From Pseudomonadales bacterium (GTDB lineage: Bacteria > Pseudomonadota > Gammaproteobacteria > Pseudomonadales > Azotimanducaceae): 64,000 bases of DNA. The translations under genes were made by a program, and so were the position numbers. The notes beneath the pieces are model-generated. The model was not told where the DNA came from and searched no databases. It saw nothing but the letters and a program-made list of their open reading frames with translations. Location: NCBI GenBank assembly GCA_017642855.1, contig JAEPOO010000002.1, positions 207,545 through 271,544 on the forward strand, given 5' to 3'. Below, one piece after another: positions 56,117 to 64,000 of this stretch (positions are counted from its first letter, which is position 1; every line of letters begins with the position of its first letter).

Positions 56117-56728
56117 CTATAGGGTCGCAACAATCTTCTGAATGTTCTGTGCATTATGGGGTGACTTAATGAATCCTGCGTAGCGACCCTCAGGATCTAC
56201 CAAAACAAGCGATCCCGTATGATCAACCAGATAGCTTCCGGGCGTCTCACCAGGCACCTTGCCAAATGCCACATTCACTTGCTGGGCAAAATTCACCGTT
56301 TCATCGAAGGAACCGACAAAACCCTGAAATTTTGGGTTAAACGCCGGCACATATTGGCTCAGTTTCTCTGGTGAATCGCGGTCTGGATCAACGCTTACCA
56401 TGACAACCTGGGGCGGCGCTTCCATATCAGCCACAGCATCTGCCAGCACACTGAGCGTCGTCGGACAGATATCCGGACAGGTTGTAAAACCGAAAAACAG
56501 AATCGACCACTGACCTTTCAGGTTATCGACACCTGCAGGATCGCCGTTCTGATCCTGCATCGAAAAATCATTGATCACCCTCGGCGCATCAAAGCGGTAC
56601 AAGCCGAGTTTCTGCGCTTCCTCCGTCGTCATCGGTCTTGGCACCATGACGCTGGCCACGAGCAAGCCAAGTATGACTGAAATAAATGCGGCTATACCAA
56701 GCAGCGTGTTTCTGACGCCGGAATCCAT
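56117..56728 (-). CDS. senC: SCO family copper chaperone (SenC)
   Basis: TM anchor and a thioredoxin fold with CPDICP. Confidence 0.88.
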   Translation of the reverse strand: MDSGVRNTLLGIAAFISVILGLLVASVMVPRPMTTEEAQKLGLYRFDAPRVINDFSMQDQNGDPAGVDNLKGQWSILFFGFTTCPDICPTTLSVLADAVADMEAPPQVVMVSVDPDRDSPEKLSQYVPAFNPKFQGFVGSFDETVNFAQQVNVAFGKVPGETPGSYLVDHTGSLVLVDPEGRYAGFIKSPHNAQNIQKIVATL

Positions 56729-56731
56729 TGA

Positions 56732-57640
56732 TCAACCGAGATAGGTCACAGGGAAAAAGTAGTGGTCTATAAGCAGCGCAACGAACAGCGCCATCAGGTA
56801 GACAATCGAATAGCGAAACGTTTCCATGGGCGCCCGTTCGTTGTCCGTAAACAACATGACGAGGGACCAGTAGAGGAACCCTGCACCAAGCGCGAGGGCT
56901 GATAACAGGTAGAAGATATTACTCATCCCGATCAGGTAAGGCAGAATGGTCGTGATGACCATAATGATGGTGTAGAGCAGAATGTGAACCTTGGTGTAAT
57001 ACTCACCATGGGTCACCGGCAACATTGGAATGTCTACCTTACGGTACTCCTCCATTCGATCGATGGCCAACGCCCAGAAGTGCGGCGGCGTCCACGCGAA
57101 GATAATCAGCACCAACAGTAAACCGCCACCGTCAACACTGCCCGTCACTGCCGTCCAACCAAACAGCGGCGGCGCGGCACCGAATAACCCACCAATGACA
57201 ATGTTCTGCGGTGTCGCTCGCTTAAGGTACATGGAGTAGATCACACCGTATCCCAACCATGAAGCCAGATTCAGCCAGGCGGTCAGTGGATTGATGAGTA
57301 CCGCGAGCATGGTCATGCCTGTGATTCCCGTTACACCGACAAATATCGCCCCCTGAGTATTGGTCACACGCCCCTGGGCCAGCGGCCGGTTCTGCGTTCG
57401 AGCCATTCGCGCGTCGATATTGGCATCTACCAGATGATTCAGCGCCGCTGCGGATCCCGCGACGAGCGCCACACCAAGGTTCCCAAACACAATGATGTCC
57501 CAGGGCACCATGCCGTCAGTGGCCAGAAACATACCGACCAATGTGCAAAGCAGCATCAGCAGAACCACCCTGGGTTTACACATCTCCAGGTAGTCACGCC
57601 AGCCAGCTGTTTGTGCGTATGTTTGGGTTACGTCTGTCAT
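56732..57640 (-). CDS. cyoE: heme o synthase (protoheme IX farnesyltransferase)
   Basis: UbiA-family polytopic protein (NHLVDANIDARMARTQNRPL). ATG 57640 preferred over the ORF-track TTG at 57655. Confidence 0.93.
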   Translation of the reverse strand: MTDVTQTYAQTAGWRDYLEMCKPRVVLLMLLCTLVGMFLATDGMVPWDIIVFGNLGVALVAGSAAALNHLVDANIDARMARTQNRPLAQGRVTNTQGAIFVGVTGITGMTMLAVLINPLTAWLNLASWLGYGVIYSMYLKRATPQNIVIGGLFGAAPPLFGWTAVTGSVDGGGLLLVLIIFAWTPPHFWALAIDRMEEYRKVDIPMLPVTHGEYYTKVHILLYTIIMVITTILPYLIGMSNIFYLLSALALGAGFLYWSLVMLFTDNERAPMETFRYSIVYLMALFVALLIDHYFFPVTYLG

Positions 57641-57673
57641 GAATTTGTGAACCAAAAACCGGGGCCGAAGTAT

Positions 57674-57912
57674 AGAGCCCTCAGCGCGAGTTGGCCAGAT
57701 GGATTGGGACCTGCAACGGGTACTCAGCGTGCGATGTCCGATAGACGTCCATGGAGAGCCCTCAGCGCGAGTTGGCCAGAGGGATTGGGACCTGCAACGG
57801 GTACTCAGCGTACGATGTCCGATAGACGTCCATGGAGAGCCCTCAGCGCGAGTTGGCCAGAGGGGTTGGGACCTGCAACGGCCACTCAGCGTGCGATGAC
57901 CGATAGACGCCC
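57674..57912 (+). repeat. 81-bp tandem repeat, 3 copies (homologous to the 82-bp array at 25959)
   Basis: Units start at 57674, 57755 and 57836. Units 1 and 2 differ at 2 bases; unit 3 is degenerate. Shares the blocks TTGGC, GGGACCTG, CAACGGG and TAGACGTCCAT, in the same order, with the hemB-trxA array. Confidence 0.95.
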
Positions 57913-57913
57913 T

Positions 57914-58492
57914 TTATCCAATATTGGATATCTTCAGCAGGTGTTTCAGGTCCTTCAACATGGGCTTTCCGGCTTTGTCCATGCTGTAGAACATCATGAT
58001 GTTGCCATTGGGGTCCATCAGAAACAGGACGGGCTGAGTCTGGGTAATACCGTTTAACAATTCCATTCCAGCCTGGATCACCAGGGCATCTCTGTGTTCC
58101 TCAGCCACATGGGCTGCCAGTTCTGTCTCAAGCGCTATCGGTGACAGAAGCACGCGCTGAACGCGATCCGTATTCTTGCCCAACGCTGTCACAACCTGCC
58201 TGGATAGATACATCATCTGGCGACAGTCCTCCGTACATTGTGCGTCCAGCGGTTGGATAAGTGCCCAATTCTCCAGAGCCTCTAGTTGAGGGTCGATCGC
58301 GTTTCCTTCCACAACAGGCCAAACCAGTTCTCCCTGATTGGTCGTGCCCGTCGGCGCCAGGGCCGGGAATTGAAAGTACGCAATATACGCGATGAAAATC
58401 GGAACAAAGGCGATCGCAATCAGGGTCAGCAGCTTAATCCGGCTGGATCTAAGCGCTTCTGCGGAATGTTCAGTCGATGGTTCACTCATCAC
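57914..58492 (-). CDS. membrane-anchored hypothetical protein of the cox cluster
   Basis: 191-192 aa with a single N-terminal TM helix (LLTLIAIAFVPIFIAYIAYF). The start (GTG 58492 or ATG 58489) overlaps the SURF1 stop. Confidence 0.6.
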   Translation of the reverse strand: MMSEPSTEHSAEALRSSRIKLLTLIAIAFVPIFIAYIAYFQFPALAPTGTTNQGELVWPVVEGNAIDPQLEALENWALIQPLDAQCTEDCRQMMYLSRQVVTALGKNTDRVQRVLLSPIALETELAAHVAEEHRDALVIQAGMELLNGITQTQPVLFLMDPNGNIMMFYSMDKAGKPMLKDLKHLLKISNIG

Positions 58493-59226
58493 ATGTTCTC
58501 CGTGGGGTCATCTTGTCTAACACTAAAAAACAGCCAGGCGAGGGTTACGGCAAAGGCCATGGTAAACCACTGAATCGCATATCCCCGATGTTTCTCTGGC
58601 GGCATGGTTGTGTCTGGCCAGTACCTTGGAAGGGCGCCTGACTCACCTTCCAGAAGCCGGATAACATGGGGATAAAGCAGGGTGCCCTGACGGTTTCCGA
58701 ACTGCACAATGTCTGTATGTTGCACGATAACCGGATATGACGACTCAGCTATATCCCCGTTTTGCATCGCAACATTGCTGTTATCTCTCTGATAAATATA
58801 ACCTTTTATCGACACTGGTTGCTCAGATACACTTGGGATGTCTACAGGGTCCTGGCGGGTCCTTCCCATCTGCACAAAACCGCGGTTCACCAAAAAGGCT
58901 TGCCCTGAGGTGTCATGAAACACCTGTTGCACCTCAAAACCGACCTTGCCATTCAGGACCCGATTGTCCAAAAGAAAGACCGCCTGCTGATCAAATCGCC
59001 CCGATAGAACCACCGGCAAGCCATAAAGTTCGCCCTCGTCCGGAAGTTCATTGGCGACAATCGCTGGCTGGCTGACACGCTCAGCCTGTTGGGCAAGAAA
59101 GTGGCGCTTCTCATCCTCACGGCTCACCTGCCAGAGACCAAGGTTGATGAAAACCCCCAGGCAGATCAGCGCAAACAGACTGACCTTCCAGTTAAAGACA
59201 AACCGACGGCCGTAGACCTGGATCAT
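58489..59226 (-). CDS. SURF1 family cytochrome oxidase assembly protein
   Basis: N- and C-terminal TM helices. GLWQVSR and RGYAIQWFTMA motifs. Confidence 0.85.
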   Translation of the reverse strand: MIQVYGRRFVFNWKVSLFALICLGVFINLGLWQVSREDEKRHFLAQQAERVSQPAIVANELPDEGELYGLPVVLSGRFDQQAVFLLDNRVLNGKVGFEVQQVFHDTSGQAFLVNRGFVQMGRTRQDPVDIPSVSEQPVSIKGYIYQRDNSNVAMQNGDIAESSYPVIVQHTDIVQFGNRQGTLLYPHVIRLLEGESGALPRYWPDTTMPPEKHRGYAIQWFTMAFAVTLAWLFFSVRQDDPTENM

Positions 59227-59456
59227 TGCCTGGAAGCGTCGTACCAGGGCACTCCGCCGACGCCAAGATCACCGGTATAGAAGCCAAAGGCAATAACCAT
59301 CAGCAACGCCGCCGCGAGCGACACCCTGATCGTCAGGAATCTTGCCGTCCTCTTGCCCTCTTTGCGACCTTCATCATTGAGCAGCGCAAACAGGGCGGTA
59401 CCCAGGGCCACCAGGTTCGCGATAAAGAGAACGACAACCAGAAACTTTAGAAACAT
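59223..59456 (-). CDS. twin-transmembrane-helix small protein (DUF2909/HIG1-like)
   Basis: Two TM helices, 77 aa from ATG 59456. The ORF-track GTG at 59474 abuts the terminator U-run. Confidence 0.7.
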   Translation of the reverse strand: MFLKFLVVVLFIANLVALGTALFALLNDEGRKEGKRTARFLTIRVSLAAALLMVIAFGFYTGDLGVGGVPWYDASRQ

Positions 59457-59474
59457 GACGTGAAGTATACGCAC

Positions 59475-59501
59475 AAAAAACCCCGCTGAAGCGGGGTTTT
59501 T
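59475..59501 (-). terminator. rho-independent terminator after coxC (bidirectional shape)
   Basis: CCCCGC-TGAA-GCGGGG flanked by A6 and T5. Confidence 0.7.
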
Positions 59502-59519
59502 CTTTAACAGGCTTTCCGC

Positions 59520-60422
59520 TTAGCTACCCAGAACGTAGACAAATACGAACAGGCCGAGCCAGACAACGTCCACAAAATGCCAGTACCAGGCTGCGGCTTC
59601 AAAGCCGAAACAATCTTCTTTGCTGAAGTGCCCCTTAATCGCTCGGAACAACATAATGATCAACATGAAGGTGCCAAGCGTCACGTGTGCGCCGTGGAAT
59701 CCCGTCAACATAAAGAACGTTGTACCAAAGATACCGGAACCCAGCGTCAAACCCAGATCATTGTAAGCATGATAGTACTCATAGGCCTGCACAAACAGGA
59801 ACACAACGCCGAGTGCGATGGTGGCCACCAACCAGTTGATCAGCTTCTTGCGATTGCCATCGTTGAGGCCGTGGTGCGCGATGGTGATCGTCACACTCGA
59901 GGTGACCAACAAGATGGTGTTCACCAGAGGCAGACCCCAGGGACTGATAATCGCCTGAGGACCAGGGAATCTTTCCGGGTCAGGTGTGTTCATCAGTGGC
60001 CATTCTGGGGTGTATTCAGGCCAAAGCATATCTGATGGCCCACGCTCACCTTCGCCGCCAAGCCAGCCGACCACGAACATTCGAACGTAGAAAAGCGCGC
60101 CGAAGAAGGCTGCAAAGAACATCACCTCTGAGAAAATGAACCAGCTCATTCCCCAGACGAACGATCTGTTCAGCTGGTTGCTGTAGAGCTTCTCATGATT
60201 TTCCTTGATGACCTGGGCAAACCAGAAAAACAGTGTCGTGCCCATGACCAGACCACCCAGCAGGAAGACAATCTCCCCGAAACTGCTGTCGACGCCTGCA
60301 GACATCTCGTTGAACATGTTGCCCATGCCGTAAAGCGTGAGGAAGATCCCGAGTGATGCAAAGATCGGCAGCTTACTGTTGTGCGGTACGTAATACTCTT
60401 CGTAAGCGTCTTGCGTGGACAT
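59520..60422 (-). CDS. coxC: cytochrome c oxidase subunit III
   Basis: 300 aa, 7 TM helices. C-terminal HFVDVVWL motif. Confidence 0.95.
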   Translation of the reverse strand: MSTQDAYEEYYVPHNSKLPIFASLGIFLTLYGMGNMFNEMSAGVDSSFGEIVFLLGGLVMGTTLFFWFAQVIKENHEKLYSNQLNRSFVWGMSWFIFSEVMFFAAFFGALFYVRMFVVGWLGGEGERGPSDMLWPEYTPEWPLMNTPDPERFPGPQAIISPWGLPLVNTILLVTSSVTITIAHHGLNDGNRKKLINWLVATIALGVVFLFVQAYEYYHAYNDLGLTLGSGIFGTTFFMLTGFHGAHVTLGTFMLIIMLFRAIKGHFSKEDCFGFEAAAWYWHFVDVVWLGLFVFVYVLGS

Positions 60423-60465
60423 AAATTTCTCCTGAAAAAACTCCGATAGTGGCTAGTTAGCTCTG

Positions 60466-61017
60466 TTACTCGCTCAGGGCTGCTAGCTCTACTTGTTCTG
60501 TAATGTCATACAGGGTGTAAGACAAGGTCAGTGTCTTCACCTCTGTTGGAATGTTCTGATCAATAATGAATCGCAGCGGCATATCCAGATCCTCGCCCTG
60601 CGCCAGTTCTTGTTGTTCGAAACAGAAACATTCTGTTTTGTGCATGTACTCGGCTGCGTTAAATGGCGTCACGCTTGGCACTGCTTGAGCACTCATGGTT
60701 TTGTTGGTCACATTTCTGACGTAGAAATTCATTTCGTTCATCTTTCCAGGATGAACAACCATCTTTCTAACCTCAGGACGAAACTCCCAGGGCATGCTCG
60801 CGTTATTGTTGGCGAGGAACTGAACGGTGACCGTTCTGGACTCATCCACGACCTGCGTTTCTAGGGACTGGTAGGGACCAGCTGTTTTGCCATTGAATCC
60901 CGTAATCTCGCACATGATGTCGTAAAGCGGCACCATGGCGAAACCAAAACCGAACATACCGACAACGACCAAAAGTAGTTGTCGGACAGTTTTTGTTGGG
61001 CTAACTGGTTCGTTCAT
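60466..61017 (-). CDS. ctaG: cytochrome c oxidase assembly protein CtaG/Cox11
   Basis: ATG 61017 overlaps the coxA stop (TAATG). PLYDIMCEITGFNG and a CFCF copper motif. Confidence 0.9.
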   Translation of the reverse strand: MNEPVSPTKTVRQLLLVVVGMFGFGFAMVPLYDIMCEITGFNGKTAGPYQSLETQVVDESRTVTVQFLANNNASMPWEFRPEVRKMVVHPGKMNEMNFYVRNVTNKTMSAQAVPSVTPFNAAEYMHKTECFCFEQQELAQGEDLDMPLRFIIDQNIPTEVKTLTLSYTLYDITEQVELAALSE

Positions 61018-62618
61018 TAACCGTGCGCTTCTTTCATGTCCGTTGGCGGCGTAGAAAACGTGTGGTAAGGCGCGGGCGAGGGGATCGTCCACTCCAGACC
61101 ATGCGCACCTTCCCAAACCTGGTCAGTCGCTTTTTTGCCGCCCCGGATACACTTGATCACGATGAACATGAAGAGCAGCTGGCTGAAGCCAAAGAGGAAA
61201 GCGCCACAACTGGATACCATATTCCAGTCTGCGAATTGCAGGGCATAGTCGGGAATACGACGAGGCATACCGGCGAGCCCAATAAAGTGCTGCGGGAAGA
61301 ACGTCACATTAACGCCAATGAATGACAGCCAGAAGTGTGTTTTACCCAGAGTTTCGTCGTACATATTACCGGTCCACTTGGGCAGCCAGTAGTAGACAGC
61401 GGCCATAATGGAGAATACAGAGCCCGGCACAAGTACATAGTGGAAGTGCGCGACTACAAAGTAGGTGTCGTGGTACTGGAAGTCGACAGGCGTGATCGCC
61501 AGCATCAGACCGGAGAAACCGCCAATGGTAAAGAGGATCACGAACGCAATCGCGAATAACATCGGTGTTTCAAACGTCATGGCGCCTTGCCACATCGTCG
61601 CCACCCAGTTGAACACTTTCACCCCAGTCGGTACCGCGATCAACATCGTGGCGTACATAAAGTACAACTCACCGGCAATGGGAATACCCACGGTAAACAT
61701 GTGGTGCGCCCAGACAATGAACGAAAGGAATGCGATCGATGCGGTGGCGTAGACCATGGAGTCGTATCCAAACAGGCGCTTGCGTGCGAAGGTTGGGATG
61801 ATCGCTGACACAATACCGAATGCTGGCAGGATCATGATGTAGACCTCAGGGTGACCGAAGAACCAGAAAACGTGCTGGAACAAGACCGGGTCACCGCCGC
61901 CGGCGGCGTTAAAGAACGAAGTCGCAAAATGGATGTCCATCAGCATCATGGTCACAACCCCTGCAAGGACCGGCATTACTGCAATCAGCAGGTAAGCAGT
62001 GATTAACCAGGTCCAAACAAACAGCGGCATCTGCATCAACGTCATGCCAGGTGCGCGCATGTTCAGGATGGTCACAATGACGTTAATCGATCCCATGATG
62101 GAGGAAACACCCATCATATGAACTGCGAAGATAAAGAAGGTGACGCTTGGTGGCGCATAGTCAGTCGACAATGGTGCGTAGAAGGTCCAGCCGTAGTTAG
62201 GTGCGCCGCCATCCATGAAAAAGGTAGACAGCAACAAACCGAAAGCAAATGGCAGGATCCAGAAGCTGTAGTTGTTCATCCTCGGCAATGCCATATCCGG
62301 CGCGCCGATCATCATTGGCACCAGCCAGTTCGCCAGACCGACAAATGCTGGCATGACCGCACCGAATACCATGATCAAACCATGCATGGTGGTCAGCTGG
62401 TTGAACACTTCAGGGGCCACGATCTGAAGACCGGGCTGGAAAAGTTCTGCTCGAATACCAAGGGCCATAACGCCCCCGGTCAGGAACATCAGAAAGCTGA
62501 ACCAGAGATACAGCGTACCGATGTCTTTGTGGTTAGTCGTAAGGACCCAACGCATGATGCCCTTATCCGGGCCATGGTGATGGTCGTCGTGATGATGTTC
62601 TTCAATAACTGCACTCAT
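61017..62618 (-). CDS. coxA: cytochrome c oxidase subunit I (aa3-type)
   Basis: 533 aa. WFFGHPEVYI, the HH pair, and other heme-copper oxidase signatures. Confidence 0.97.
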   Translation of the reverse strand: MSAVIEEHHHDDHHHGPDKGIMRWVLTTNHKDIGTLYLWFSFLMFLTGGVMALGIRAELFQPGLQIVAPEVFNQLTTMHGLIMVFGAVMPAFVGLANWLVPMMIGAPDMALPRMNNYSFWILPFAFGLLLSTFFMDGGAPNYGWTFYAPLSTDYAPPSVTFFIFAVHMMGVSSIMGSINVIVTILNMRAPGMTLMQMPLFVWTWLITAYLLIAVMPVLAGVVTMMLMDIHFATSFFNAAGGGDPVLFQHVFWFFGHPEVYIMILPAFGIVSAIIPTFARKRLFGYDSMVYATASIAFLSFIVWAHHMFTVGIPIAGELYFMYATMLIAVPTGVKVFNWVATMWQGAMTFETPMLFAIAFVILFTIGGFSGLMLAITPVDFQYHDTYFVVAHFHYVLVPGSVFSIMAAVYYWLPKWTGNMYDETLGKTHFWLSFIGVNVTFFPQHFIGLAGMPRRIPDYALQFADWNMVSSCGAFLFGFSQLLFMFIVIKCIRGGKKATDQVWEGAHGLEWTIPSPAPYHTFSTPPTDMKEAHG

Positions 62619-62638
62619 CTAATCTACTCCCTAGCCAA

Positions 62639-63778
62639 CTACTGGCTAGCCATCTGTGTGTGGATATCTTTGGGCTGAATGGTATCGCCAGTGTCGTTAC
62701 CCCAGCTGTTTCGAACGTAGGTAACAACCGATGCAATTTCAGCAGCATTAAGCTGCTGACCAAAGGCCTGCATTGCAGTTCCGGCACGACCGTAGAGCAG
62801 AACATCAATGTTTTCCTGGATGTCGCCAACGGTGACACCCTGACCAACCAACGACGGGAAGGCTGGTGGAATCCCTTGTCCGTTCACCTGGTGACAGGCG
62901 ACGCAATTGCGCGCATACACTTCACCGCCTTTTGCCAGTAACTCGTCCTGAGTCCAGGTCTTGCCGACGGTCTCGAAAATCGCCGCTGCCTCTGATTGCT
63001 TCTCAGCGACCCAGGCATCGTAGTCATCCTGTTCTAACGCATGAACAACGATCGGCATGAAGCCATGGTCTTTACCGCATAGCTCCGCACATTGACCTCG
63101 GTAAACACCGGGCTCTTCTACAATCGCCCAGGACTCATGCACGAAGCCAGGAATCGCATCTTTCTTTACCGCGAAATCTGGCACCCAAAACGCATGGATC
63201 ACATCTTCTGCCGTAACAAGGAAACGAATTCTTTTATTGATGGGCACAACAAGCGGGTTATCTACATCCAACAGGTAATGTTCGCCTTTCGCTGCTTCAT
63301 TGTAGATTTCATCCTGCGGCGTCATGAGCGCGCTCATGAACTGGATTTCTTTCGCGGGATCGTCGTCCAGATAAGTGTATTGCCACTTCCACTGATAACC
63401 GCGTACTTCGATATCAATATCCGCATCACCTGGCTCATACATGTCGCGAAGTGTGCTGGTCGCGGGCACTGCCATTCCCAACAGAATCACAATGGGGACA
63501 ACCGTCCATGCAATCTCGAGATTGGTATTTTCGTGAAAGGTCGCTGGTTTAACGCCTAATGACTTTCGATGCATTAACATCGAGATAATCATCGCACCAA
63601 AGACGACGACACCAATGCCACAGCAGATGTAGAAAATCAGCATATGAAGGTCATACACTTCTCGACTGATTTCTGTGACACCTTGCCGAAGGTTTAACGC
63701 GGACCAGTCGGCCAGCGCGACATTACTGAATAGCAGTAGGGACAATCCGAGTTGCCACATACGCTTCACTCTATTCAT
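62639..63778 (-). CDS. coxB: cytochrome c oxidase subunit II with fused C-terminal cytochrome c domain
   Basis: Signal peptide and two TM helices. CuA site HAFWVPDF...CAELCGKDHGFM. C-terminal CVACH. Confidence 0.95.
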   Translation of the reverse strand: MNRVKRMWQLGLSLLLFSNVALADWSALNLRQGVTEISREVYDLHMLIFYICCGIGVVVFGAMIISMLMHRKSLGVKPATFHENTNLEIAWTVVPIVILLGMAVPATSTLRDMYEPGDADIDIEVRGYQWKWQYTYLDDDPAKEIQFMSALMTPQDEIYNEAAKGEHYLLDVDNPLVVPINKRIRFLVTAEDVIHAFWVPDFAVKKDAIPGFVHESWAIVEEPGVYRGQCAELCGKDHGFMPIVVHALEQDDYDAWVAEKQSEAAAIFETVGKTWTQDELLAKGGEVYARNCVACHQVNGQGIPPAFPSLVGQGVTVGDIQENIDVLLYGRAGTAMQAFGQQLNAAEIASVVTYVRNSWGNDTGDTIQPKDIHTQMASQ

Positions 63779-64000
63779 GAATGAAACTCCATAATTTTAA
63801 AACGAGTGCCATGGGCTCTTAGCCACGAAGCAGAGGTTATTTTTTCTTTTAGTTAGTTACTGCTTTGAAACGAGGGCTGAATGGCTTCTTTTTCAATTGA
63901 GCCGGTGGCTCCTGCTGCATAGCAACAAACGCGGCAATTATAGCAGCGGCGGGCCTTTTGACAACTTGGCCCTGATCCGCACGGGGAGGAAAAGTGCTTG

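Noticed and set aside
57434-58057. 207-aa plus-strand ORF with perfectly repeated peptide blocks, plus the 66-aa ORF at 57699-57899.
   Set aside because: It stays open only because the 81-bp unit equals 27 codons. It overlaps the 5' end of cyoE and the 3' end of the 192-aa gene on the opposite strand. No start context or protein-like composition was found.
63979-64000. Possible gene start at the right edge (GGAGG, then GTG at 63994).
   Set aside because: Only two codons are visible, so a CDS cannot be supported.

Overview
Core-chromosome window from a gammaproteobacterium, densely packed with housekeeping genes. Gene order resembles Pseudomonas and marine Cellvibrionales or Oceanospirillales; this placement is inferred from synteny only. 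No rRNA, tRNA, CRISPR, prophage, transposase or recognisable defence island was found. Recognisable blocks, left to right: (1) a small catabolic or transport cluster: serine hydrolase, MFS, SDR, nitronate monooxygenase, threonine dehydratase; (2) rpoD followed by a tight four-gene operon of unknown function; (3) cysQ, then yrfG-hslR-pckA-gshA-acpH-dsbB; (4) an ABC-F ATPase and a TetR / unknown / LuxA-like monooxygenase module; (5) hemB, trxA, rho, fre; (6) hemYXDC-algR-algZ divergent from argH; (7) cyaY, then lptM-lysA-dapF-yigA-xerC-yigB; (8) thrC, glnK, comM; (9) cytochromes c5 and c4, dsbA, an IHF-beta-like gene and a divergent IMPDH; (10) engB and polA; (11) DUF2782-thrB; (12) egtB-egtD; (13) a complete aa3-type cytochrome oxidase cluster: coxB-coxA-ctaG-coxC-DUF2909-SURF1-hyp, then ctaB-sco. 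The most interesting signals are non-coding. A 29-bp tandem array repeats the yrfG-stop/hslR-start junction as a relay of overlapping 10-codon mini-ORFs. Two homologous 81-82 bp tandem arrays fill intergenic spacers; one sits where a heme A synthase gene is normally expected. A predicted sigma-E/AlgU-dependent ErsA/Spot42-like sRNA lies between polA and engB. An 827-bp ORF-free region with a long imperfect hairpin lies upstream of rpoD. All functional calls come from reading the translations and from remembered family motifs and synteny. No database search was run.
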